A stretch of 64,000 bases of DNA, taken from sequence record NC_041869.1, one strand, 5' to 3'. Source of the DNA: Escherichia phage APECc02. The translations under genes were made by a program, and so were the position numbers. Below, piece after piece: positions 1 to 7,101 of this stretch (positions are counted from its first letter, which is position 1; each line of letters starts with the position of its first letter). Under the pieces are notes generated by a model. The model did no database searches. It saw nothing but the letters and a program-made list of their open reading frames with translations, and had not been told where the DNA came from.

Positions 1-561
1 CTCCCAGTTAAAATTGATAACTGTGTTGGAGCACCCTACAAGGATAACCATATCATTGCTCGTAAGAGAAGTCAACAGGTCATACATGTCTGTATACTTC
101 GGAGCTACTTCTCCGAAGAACACCACATTAGGCTTAACCCAGGTATACTTTCCTGCGTCTACCTCAGAGTATCCAATGTCCTTAATGACGTCACTTCCTT
201 CATCGTCCTCATAGACTATTTCTGGCAAATACCCGTGGACATGTAAAATATCTTCATGTTTTACACCAGCACGCTCCAGCAAATCATCTACATTGGTGGT
301 AAGGTTGATCACACGACCAGACCAGCGGGAATACCACTCAGCGATCCGAAGATGTGCAAGGTTAGGCTCAACACTGCCTAAAGCTACACGACGTGCATTG
401 TAAAAGTCATGCACCTTATAGTAGTTCTTGGCAAAGGTGTGGATGTTGCACACCTCATCGATGCTGAAATTCTCCCACATTGCAGTGCTACCAGATCGGA
501 AAGTGGGAATACCAGATTCAGCGCTCAAACCAGCACCGGAGATAATAATCAGTCGTCGCAT
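1..561 (-). CDS. Sir2-family NAD-dependent deacylase/NADase-like protein (C-terminus cut by window edge)
   Basis: Reverse ORF running off window start; ATG at 561..559 with GAGGA upstream; translation MRRLIIISGAGLSAESGIPTFR...TTNVDDLLERAG...HVHGYL...VVFFGE...ILVGCSNTV matches the canonical Sir2 motifs (GAGxSxxSGIPxFR, TQNIDxLhxxAG, HG, VVFFGE); no Zn-ribbon cysteines. Confidence 0.7.
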   Translation of the reverse strand, partial: MRRLIIISGAGLSAESGIPTFRSGSTAMWENFSIDEVCNIHTFAKNYYKVHDFYNARRVALGSVEPNLAHLRIAEWYSRWSGRVINLTTNVDDLLERAGVKHEDILHVHGYLPEIVYEDDEGSDVIKDIGYSEVDAGKYTWVKPNVVFFGEVAPKYTDMYDLLTSLTSNDMVILVGCSNTVINFNWE

Positions 562-569
562 AAGTGTCC

Positions 570-920
570 TCAGTAGATGTTTTGTTTAATCTCTATTCCA
601 AACTTTTTAAACGAGTCAGCTGCAAGCATGAATTTACGAGCCGCTGATGGGTTAGAAGTATGCACGAAAATCTTCACGTTGTCAACTACAGGAGGCTTAC
701 CAAATACAAATTTTTCCTCTAGGATGCAGAAGCAATCGTATCCTTCAAAAATTTCTCCCAAGTCGCTGTCAAAATGCCACTCAGAAACTCGTCTATAAAG
801 CTTTCTCTTGTCATTGATGAAATCCATAAACTCAGAAGAGTTCTTCAGCCAAAGAGCATCTTGGAGCCCGTAATTTGACGGATCTCTCAAGTCATCCAGC
901 CACACAATCAACTTCTTCAT
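570..920 (-). CDS. hypothetical protein (116 aa), translationally coupled between RNA ligase and Sir2 genes
   Basis: ORF from track; start overlaps ligase stop by 4 nt; stop 8 nt before Sir2 start; no motif recognised. Confidence 0.5.
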   Translation of the reverse strand: MKKLIVWLDDLRDPSNYGLQDALWLKNSSEFMDFINDKRKLYRRVSEWHFDSDLGEIFEGYDCFCILEEKFVFGKPPVVDNVKIFVHTSNPSAARKFMLAADSFKKFGIEIKQNIY

Positions 921-1852
921 TGCATATAGTCCTCGTTGTGGAAATAGTAGTCAAGTATCTCGCGGCGTTCCTGCTCAAGGAGACAGTTCCACACATCTTC
1001 TGTGTAATTGCTACGAATGAAGTTTACCATGCCGTAAAACTCTTCGTCAACACGTTTAAAGATATCCTCATCCCAAATCTTCCAAGCTTTACCTCTCATT
1101 ACGGCCTTCCGTGCCAAATAGTACGGAGACTTGATCTTCAGCTGCAGATCATAAGGGTAGTAAGGCTTACGAATCATATACCCTTCACCTCTTGTTTCTG
1201 CAGCTAATTCTTTTGCATAACTGAACGGAATTTCACGCACAGTGTGAGGACGTTTTGCACCAAGGTATTTGGCAATCCCATCTAAAGCTGCCTCTGGTAG
1301 CATTATTCCAGAATCATTATATCTGCAACCTATCAAATATGCGCCATGATCTTCCTGAACAATATGCGGATCTGAAGGGTGACAAATTTCAAACATGAAT
1401 GTCATGTTTTCATTGCCCATAACCTTCTTGATAAGATCTAAATTACCACATTGCTCCTGGATGGTTTCCTTTGCGAGGTTACAATATGGAGAATCAAGAG
1501 ATCCGGTTGTTGAGAACAATAGTTCACCTTTATGAGAGGATACCACACCAAGGAATCCGTTCTTTTTCTCTACCGCCGTCACAAGCTTATTGTCAGGCAG
1601 GTTGGTGGAGTTTTCTCCCAAGTTAAACACTTTTGTGAAGGGCCATGCCACAACATTTCCTTCATTACCGACAACAATGCCTCGGCACTCCAGTAAACGA
1701 GGGGACAAATGCCATAAATTGTTGTAAAATACTTTTCTGGCATATTTATAGATCTTTAACCCAAGATCCGGGTAATATCTACTGGTTACAAGACCTTTGT
1801 CAACTAGGTCGTCTGCATTAAAATACTTCATCATACGTTCCTCATTTGTCAT
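917..1852 (-). CDS. ATP-dependent RNA ligase-like nucleotidyltransferase
   Basis: 311 aa ORF; covalent nucleotidyltransferase motifs in correct order: motif I KxNG (EKKNGF), motif IV EGxxxK (EGYMIRK), motif V LKIK; adjacent to kinase and phosphatase genes. Confidence 0.6.
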   Translation of the reverse strand: MTNEERMMKYFNADDLVDKGLVTSRYYPDLGLKIYKYARKVFYNNLWHLSPRLLECRGIVVGNEGNVVAWPFTKVFNLGENSTNLPDNKLVTAVEKKNGFLGVVSSHKGELLFSTTGSLDSPYCNLAKETIQEQCGNLDLIKKVMGNENMTFMFEICHPSDPHIVQEDHGAYLIGCRYNDSGIMLPEAALDGIAKYLGAKRPHTVREIPFSYAKELAAETRGEGYMIRKPYYPYDLQLKIKSPYYLARKAVMRGKAWKIWDEDIFKRVDEEFYGMVNFIRSNYTEDVWNCLLEQERREILDYYFHNEDYMQ

Positions 1853-1895
1853 TTTGTCAGTCTATCCTGCCACACAAATAACCTAGTGTCAACAC

Positions 1896-1924
1896 TTGAA
1901 ATTAACAAAACAGTTAGGTATACT
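1896..1924 (+). promoter_or_regulatory. sigma70-like promoter TTGAAA-17-TATACT upstream of kinase gene
   Basis: -35 at 1896-1901, -10 at 1919-1924, in divergent intergenic region. Confidence 0.4.
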
Positions 1925-1952
1925 ATCGTTGAAATTAAAACGGAGTATTACT

Positions 1953-2363
1953 ATGTCTAAAATGCTATATATCGTGCGTGGTCTACCAGGGTCTGGCAAA
2001 TCAACACTGGCAAATGCGCTATCTTTAGAAGGTCTGTATCCACATTTTGAGAACGACATGTTCTGGTACGACGATGATGGAAATTACAACTGGGATGCAA
2101 GTAAAGTAACACTTGCAGCAAAATGGTGCAAAGATAACGTAGAAGATATGATGCGTATGGGATACGACCGTATCGTGGTAAGTAATACGTTTACAAAAGA
2201 AAAATATGTGCAAGAATATATTGACATGGCGATCAGTCATGGGTATAGTTATACCGTGATCGTGGTTGAAAACCGCCATGGTAATAAAAGCATTCATGAT
2301 GTTCCAGACAGGGTTGTGGATCGTATGGAACGCCAGCTTAAAAATTGCATTAAACTTAAATGA
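1953..2363 (+). CDS. P-loop polynucleotide kinase-like protein
   Basis: ATG at 1953 with GGAG upstream; Walker A GLPGSGKST near N-terminus; small AAA_33/Pnk-kinase-like size (136 aa). Confidence 0.6.
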   Translation: MSKMLYIVRGLPGSGKSTLANALSLEGLYPHFENDMFWYDDDGNYNWDASKVTLAAKWCKDNVEDMMRMGYDRIVVSNTFTKEKYVQEYIDMAISHGYSYTVIVVENRHGNKSIHDVPDRVVDRMERQLKNCIKLK

Positions 2364-2370
2364 GGAATGT

Positions 2371-2925
2371 ATGAAATACTTTGTAACAAGCGACACACAC
2401 TTTCTCCACCAGCGGGTCATGGAGTTCGACTCATGTCAAAAACACAGATCTCAGTATGATCACAATCTTGACAGTATGAATGCGGGAATCATCACCGAGT
2501 GGAACTCTGTTGTGTCACCTGCAGACACTGTGTTCCACCTGGGAGATATTGCGTGCACTAATGATAAGAATATCAACAAATTGCTCCCAGATGTTCTAAA
2601 TATGTTGAACGGACATATTATTCTTGTTCGTGGTAACCATGACACAAGGACGACTGTCAGAATTATGAAAGAGTTCGGTCATGAGGTTGTAGATTATTAC
2701 GAGCTTCGCCACAACAAGAATTTGATCTGTATGAGCCATTACCAGTTTGCAAAGTGGAACAGAAAGCCTCACGGATCAGTCCAACTGTTCGGTCATGCTC
2801 ACGGAACCACACAGCAGTTGTTTGGCAGGCAGTTTGATGTCGGTTGGGATGTGTGGGGGAGACTCTTACCATTAGAAGAGGCATACCGTATTGCAATGAG
2901 TCTTGCTATTGACAGCGGGGAGTAA
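2371..2925 (+). CDS. calcineurin-like metallophosphoesterase (putative 2',3'-phosphatase)
   Basis: ATG 2371 with GAGG upstream; motifs DTHF, GDI, GNHD typical of metallophosphoesterases. Confidence 0.75.
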   Translation: MKYFVTSDTHFLHQRVMEFDSCQKHRSQYDHNLDSMNAGIITEWNSVVSPADTVFHLGDIACTNDKNINKLLPDVLNMLNGHIILVRGNHDTRTTVRIMKEFGHEVVDYYELRHNKNLICMSHYQFAKWNRKPHGSVQLFGHAHGTTQQLFGRQFDVGWDVWGRLLPLEEAYRIAMSLAIDSGE

Positions 2926-2972
2926 TCCCTGCTATTTTAAAGAAAATTGCCACACAAGGAGAATCAGGAGAT

Positions 2973-3323
2973 ATGAAAGATGGGGATAAGCTGCTATATC
3001 TTAAAGTCCCCCTTGAAATACTGTCTATGTCAAAAGTTTTGAATGACACAACTGGGGAGGTTGTTGTTCTTGACTTGTATGACAAGATCGTATACTGCTA
3101 CCTGCACAACTGGTATAAGCTTGGAGGAAGTTCACGCTTCACACCCAGCACAAGGAAAATTGCAGCAGATGTTGGGATAAAGAAAACAAAAGCAGCAGCG
3201 TGCGTTAAAACTTTAGAATGTGCAGGAGTGGTTGAAATATCCACACAAGGGAGAGGTAAAAGATGCACATTTTCCAAAGTTTTGCCACCAGAAGAGGTTA
3301 TTCGAATGTCAACAACTGGTTAG
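2973..3323 (+). CDS. hypothetical protein, possible DNA-binding (helix-turn-helix-like segment)
   Basis: 116 aa ORF immediately upstream of iteron array; segment TPSTRKIAADVGIKKTKAAACVKTLECAGVVE resembles HTH. Confidence 0.4.
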   Translation: MKDGDKLLYLKVPLEILSMSKVLNDTTGEVVVLDLYDKIVYCYLHNWYKLGGSSRFTPSTRKIAADVGIKKTKAAACVKTLECAGVVEISTQGRGKRCTFSKVLPPEEVIRMSTTG

Positions 3324-3397
3324 ACCAGTAAAAACTTAAATATCTGTACTATAAGGATTCGTATGTTTTATGTTCGCTCTGGAACAGAGGTTAGTAA

Positions 3398-3480
3398 CTG
3401 TCCGTGATACGGACACTACTGTCCGTCACGCGGACACATCTGCCCGTAATACGGACACTAACTGTCCGTGATACGGACAC
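3398..3480. repeat. array of four 17-bp palindromic sites TGTCCGT-N3-ACGGACA at 21-bp spacing (iterons/operators)
   Basis: Copies at 3398-3416, 3419-3437, 3440-3458 (one arm degenerate CTGCCCGT), 3462-3480; followed by an AT-rich tract 3481-3600. Confidence 0.75.
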
Positions 3481-3983
3481 ATAAAGAATATAACTAAAAT
3501 AACTAAATAATAAAAAATAAAAGATCTAGTACTTATGGTACTAAGTACATATACTTAACTTATGTAGAATATACTAGATCCTAAGTACCATGTTTTAAAT
3601 TTATTACTTACTATGGGTAGTGTCGGCCCTTCATTGGCACTCGCCTACGAGGGGCGAGATGCCGGGCCTCCCTGGTGCACACAATAACAGAAGTGCATAC
3701 ATGCAGGTCTGTTAACATGTGTGGGAGCGAAGCGATAGCGCAGGCCAAAGGCCGAGCACTGATGTGGACCACCGACGAAAGCTTGCCAGCGCCGTAAGGA
3801 GTCGGTTGAGAGTCTCCCGCGCGAGCTTGGATGAAGTTTATGTGTGGAAACGGACAAGAAGGCCCCTAAATCGCTCCACAGCTATATAAACTATACCAGG
3901 TAAGGCAATCGCACCAGTTTGATAGAAAAGCTCGTTACAAAGCGATACAGTGAGTTTTTCTATAACTTGAAGAGGAGGTAGTT

Positions 3984-4562
3984 ATGAGTCCACGCAAAGA
4001 TGACCGTGAAAAGATTGCAAAACGTTATCAGAATGAAGAACAGATGGAGAAAACTTTCAAGTGGAAGCCAGGTTTCCAGCGTAATCATTCTAACGCTCGT
4101 GATCGTAAGCATCCGGATAAGTGGTTAACACCGCCAAATGATGGCATTCAGGTTGGTGATGAGAAGGAGCTGTCACCTGGAAAAGATGGCAACTACATTC
4201 GAACTAAGGAAGCAGGTCCAAAGGATGACAGCTATCTTGTAGATAAGGTTCTTGACGGTGTTGATGTAGGTGTTGACACTGTACGAAACCTTTTTCTTGG
4301 TTGGTATCGCACAGGGTTTTTCGACATCAAGGCTATTCGTCGTGTTTGTGATATTAAAAAGTCTGCCTACGATGATGATTCCCTACATCGCACTCTGAGA
4401 CAATACTCAGAGAGATACGGTCATCCAGTTATCACTCTTGACGATATTAACGAAGTTATGTATCATGTAGAGGTTGTTGCAGGTAGGTTCGGTGATGCAT
4501 ATCTCGGTATTCTCTCTGCAAAGGATGAGGTAATGTTAAATAAGATTTACTATGAACGCTGA
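3984..4562 (+). CDS. hypothetical protein
   Basis: 192 aa ORF with GAGGAGG RBS. Confidence 0.5.
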   Translation: MSPRKDDREKIAKRYQNEEQMEKTFKWKPGFQRNHSNARDRKHPDKWLTPPNDGIQVGDEKELSPGKDGNYIRTKEAGPKDDSYLVDKVLDGVDVGVDTVRNLFLGWYRTGFFDIKAIRRVCDIKKSAYDDDSLHRTLRQYSERYGHPVITLDDINEVMYHVEVVAGRFGDAYLGILSAKDEVMLNKIYYER

Positions 4563-4572
4563 GGGGCGATTA

Positions 4573-4761
4573 ATGAACAATCCGGTAGCAAAGAACTGTA
4601 ATAAATTCAACAAGTCTGCGATTCACACTGACAGGAAAAAGAGTTGGTTTCCTGACATTGACGAGGAGCTTGAGAGTTACTTTGAAGATTTAGTCACCAA
4701 TGCAGAGGAGGTTGCGATTAAAGAATACGCAGACAGGAGGGATAAGGCCGGAATCTGTTGA
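4573..4761 (+). CDS. hypothetical protein
   Basis: ATG 4573 preceded by GAGGGG; 62 aa. Confidence 0.4.
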   Translation: MNNPVAKNCNKFNKSAIHTDRKKSWFPDIDEELESYFEDLVTNAEEVAIKEYADRRDKAGIC

Positions 4762-4786
4762 CAAAAATAATGTTACCTGATAAGAT
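4758..4786 (+). promoter_or_regulatory. sigma70-like promoter TTGACA-17-TAAGAT
   Basis: -35 4758-4763, -10 4781-4786, upstream of 4838 gene. Confidence 0.45.
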
Positions 4787-4837
4787 CTGCAATATGATGT
4801 GATACAATTTTAACTTACGAGGTCTACAGGTAATGCT

Positions 4838-5080
4838 ATGTTTAAGGTTAAGCTCGTTTTTCGTTCCATGAATGAGGATTATTTAGAAGATGAAGGTGAA
4901 TTTCGTGCACTGGATGATGCAATAGATTTTGCCAACGACTTAGCTTGTATGAATACGGGTTATGGGCTATGCTGTTGGGATGGTGGTGTTCAGATCGGTG
5001 ATAGCAAGATCTTCTACTTCTACCCTGAGCCCGATAACAAACAAATTAAGTATGTTTTATTTATTTGTGCTTTACAATGA
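4838..5080 (+). CDS. hypothetical protein
   Basis: 80 aa ORF. Confidence 0.45.
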   Translation: MFKVKLVFRSMNEDYLEDEGEFRALDDAIDFANDLACMNTGYGLCCWDGGVQIGDSKIFYFYPEPDNKQIKYVLFICALQ

Positions 5081-5367
5081 GGTTGTTTTCGTGTATCATG
5101 ATGAATATCCAATTTAAAGATGAATTTGATGGCTTTATCTCCGGATGCTTTGAAACAGGGTTCGGAGAAGGCTGAGTTACCCTTAGAGGGCTTGATAGTG
5201 CACCACACTTAAAATGGTAGGGGCAGCCAGCACATGACGATGTGACCCCAGCCAACCTGTAATAAGGTCGAGCCAAAGCGCGGTAATGGGCTCTGGTAAC
5301 CCACTTGTTGGGTCTTGCTGGTCCAGGACGCTGGACAAGTCGCAGGGAATACCACCCTGCGGCGAAC

Positions 5368-5396
5368 TTGACAATCAGTATTTGCTATGATAAAAT
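5368..5396 (+). promoter_or_regulatory. sigma70-like promoter TTGACA-17-TAAAAT
   Basis: -35 5368-5373, -10 5391-5396, 29 nt upstream of ATG 5425. Confidence 0.5.
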
Positions 5397-5424
5397 CCAC
5401 CTATCACGTGATAATGGAGGAAAC

Positions 5425-5763
5425 ATGGCGGATACAACTAAAAAGCGTCGCCGTAGAGGCAGACCTCTGAAAGAGGAGTCCAACGCCATTCAGCTAGAGA
5501 AGAACATCCTTGATATGAAGGAATCTTTTATAGCGATGGTTCCAGAAGCTCACAAAGTTTTAAGAGAGCTGATGTTGGACCCGAAAACCAAACAAAATAT
5601 TCGTCAAAGCATTGCAGAGTATGTTCTTGATAAGGCAGACCGAATGCAGGAAGAATATGATGAGATGTTTGGTGAAGAGGAAGAGGTGGTAGTAGAAGAG
5701 GCTGAAAAACCAGCACCTTTTATGCCATTTACCACAGAAATACAGCCTGTTGGCAATAGTTAA
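5425..5763 (+). CDS. hypothetical protein, basic N-terminus (KKRRRRGRP) and acidic C-terminus
   Basis: ATG 5425 with GGAGG RBS; 112 aa. Confidence 0.5.
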   Translation: MADTTKKRRRRGRPLKEESNAIQLEKNILDMKESFIAMVPEAHKVLRELMLDPKTKQNIRQSIAEYVLDKADRMQEEYDEMFGEEEEVVVEEAEKPAPFMPFTTEIQPVGNS

Positions 5764-5772
5764 AATATTTTC

Positions 5773-5801
5773 TTGACAAACTTTGCTTAACAGTGTAATA
5801 T
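5773..5801 (+). promoter_or_regulatory. sigma70-like promoter TTGACA-17-TAATAT driving tRNA array
   Basis: -35 5773-5778, -10 5796-5801. Confidence 0.5.
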
Positions 5802-5859
5802 TGTAAACATGGTCTCCCACCTTTTCTGGCGGCTAAGGTGTAAAAGAAAGCCACCCAGT

Positions 5860-5934
5860 GCCCTGTTAGCTTAGTGGATAAAGCAGCGGCCTTCTAAGCC
5901 GTTGACACTGGTTCGAGTCCAGTACGGGGTGCCA
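5860..5934 (+). tRNA. tRNA-Arg (anticodon TCT)
   Basis: Manual cloverleaf fold: acceptor GCCCTGT/ACGGGGT, anticodon loop CTTCTAA, T-loop TTCGAGT, encoded CCA. Confidence 0.8.
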
Positions 5935-5938
5935 AATT

Positions 5939-6025
5939 GGGGAGTTATCCCGTAGAGGTAGCGGTGTAGACTGTAAATCTATTGTCATTGCGACTCGGGT
6001 GGTTCGACTCCACCACTCCCCACCA
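5939..6025 (+). tRNA. tRNA-Tyr (anticodon GTA), long variable arm
   Basis: Acceptor GGGGAGT/ACTCCCC, anticodon loop CTGTAAA, T-loop TTCGACT, encoded CCA. Confidence 0.8.
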
Positions 6026-6139
6026 AATTTACATTTTTAAATGCATAAATCATACAGATAATGGCATTGATATTTATCGTCGTTTATACTAGTCACTAAC
6101 TGCTCGAAAATCAGTGTCATTATCAGTATTGTTTATAAA

Positions 6140-6230
6140 TGAGGGTAGGGAGCAATGGTGCTCAAGCGGTCTTGAAAACCGTCCCGTTGAGGATGACTCG
6201 ATGATGGTTCGATTCCATTACCCTCAGCCA
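6140..6230 (+). tRNA. tRNA-Ser (anticodon TGA), long variable arm
   Basis: Acceptor TGAGGGT/ACCCTCA, anticodon loop CTTGAAA, T-loop TTCGATT, encoded CCA. Confidence 0.7.
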
Positions 6231-6328
6231 TATTGTTGACCTTGTAATTAAGCGAAAGCCGGAAGCAGAACCGGATTATCAAATGTTACAGTCGTCATCG
6301 CCGACTAGCAACATGGTCAACATACTGA

Positions 6329-6427
6329 GCTAGGTAAGCCCTTTGGCAAGGGCGAGGATTTTTAATCCTGAAAATAGACGAGGTAGTCGTTGAATACATA
6401 GGTGGTTCGATTCCATCACCTAGCACC
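6329..6427 (+). tRNA. atypical tRNA-like gene (possible tRNA-Lys TTT variant or pseudogene)
   Basis: Perfect acceptor GCTAGGT/ACCTAGC, D-arm GCCC-TTTGGCAA-GGGC, T-arm GGTGG-TTCGATT-CCATC, but anticodon arm is AGGA-TTTTTAA-TCCT (4-bp stem) or 5-bp stem with 5-nt loop, then about 30-nt extra arm; only CC encoded at 3' end. Confidence 0.35.
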
Positions 6428-6432
6428 TTTTT

Positions 6433-6508
6433 GCTGATGTAGCACAATTGGTAGTGCAATTGATTTGTAATCAATAGGTTGCAGGTTCGAGTCCTGCTAT
6501 CAGCACCA
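6433..6508 (+). tRNA. tRNA-Thr (anticodon TGT)
   Basis: Acceptor GCTGATG/TATCAGC, anticodon loop TTTGTAA, T-loop TTCGAGT, encoded CCA. Confidence 0.8.
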
Positions 6509-6509
6509 T

Positions 6510-6584
6510 GGCCCTGTAGCTGGAAGGTTCAAGCAAGCGACTCATAATCGCCAGACGGTGGTTCAATTCCACCCAGGGCCACCA
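6510..6584 (+). tRNA. tRNA-Met/Ile2 (anticodon CAT)
   Basis: Acceptor GGCCCTG/CAGGGCC, anticodon loop CTCATAA, T-loop TTCAATT, encoded CCA. Confidence 0.75.
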
Positions 6585-6595
6585 AATAATAAATA

Positions 6596-6672
6596 CTCCG
6601 CGTAGCTCAGCTTGGTAGAGCGCCTGATTTGGGATCAGGAGGTCGAGTGTTCGAATCACTCCGTGGAGACCA
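6596..6672 (+). tRNA. tRNA-Pro (anticodon TGG)
   Basis: Acceptor CTCCGCG/CGTGGAG, D-stem GCTC/GAGC, anticodon loop TTTGGGA, T-loop TTCGAAT, encoded CCA. Confidence 0.75.
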
Positions 6673-6718
6673 CTTTCAGTTATACTTTAAACATATACAA
6701 ACAAAAGGAACCTTTAAA

Positions 6719-6988
6719 ATGTATACACTTAAAATTGTAGAGCGTGTAAATCCAACCCATACTGTAGATTTTCGTGACGATTTCAATCCTCTGGCTGTAA
6801 ATCTTCGAGAGTCATATCATGAACTCAGCTGCGATGCAGTGGTGGTCTTTTTTGAAGACAACTCTGAAGGGGCAGTAGCTTGTGTTGTTGATAGTGAGCA
6901 GAAGTTTTATATTTACAGAGATGTAGATGCATACTTGATGAATGAAAATGCAGTTACTGTTAGAATCATCCACCGAGTGCCTCGATAA
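6719..6988 (+). CDS. hypothetical protein
   Basis: ATG 6719 with AAGGAA RBS; 89 aa. Confidence 0.45.
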   Translation: MYTLKIVERVNPTHTVDFRDDFNPLAVNLRESYHELSCDAVVVFFEDNSEGAVACVVDSEQKFYIYRDVDAYLMNENAVTVRIIHRVPR

Positions 6989-7044
6989 GTATTAGTCTCC
7001 TTTTAGTTAGTTTCGATCTATTTAGGTTACTCAATTTTAACCCG

Positions 7045-7084
7045 CCCCGTTAGCTGTATAGCTGTATAGCTGCGGGGTTTTTTC
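7045..7084 (+). terminator. rho-independent terminator candidate
   Basis: CCCCG...CGGGG stem followed by T7 run; loop contains AGCTGTAT x3. Confidence 0.5.
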
Positions 7085-7101
7085 GTTTCTGGAGCCTTAA
7101 A

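Noticed and set aside
14-214. Plus-strand 66-aa ORF at window start
   Set aside because: Lies entirely antisense within the strongly supported Sir2-like gene; no RBS.
3398-3480. Regularly spaced direct repeats that could suggest a CRISPR array
   Set aside because: Units are palindromic 17-mers with only 4-bp spacers and 21-bp periodicity, with no unique spacers or cas genes; this is an iteron/operator pattern.
3760-3790. Possible tmRNA-like tag reading frame (..DESLPAP stop) within the GC-rich island
   Set aside because: No tRNA-like acceptor/T-arm or CCA end nearby and the peptide does not end in the usual ALAA-type tag.
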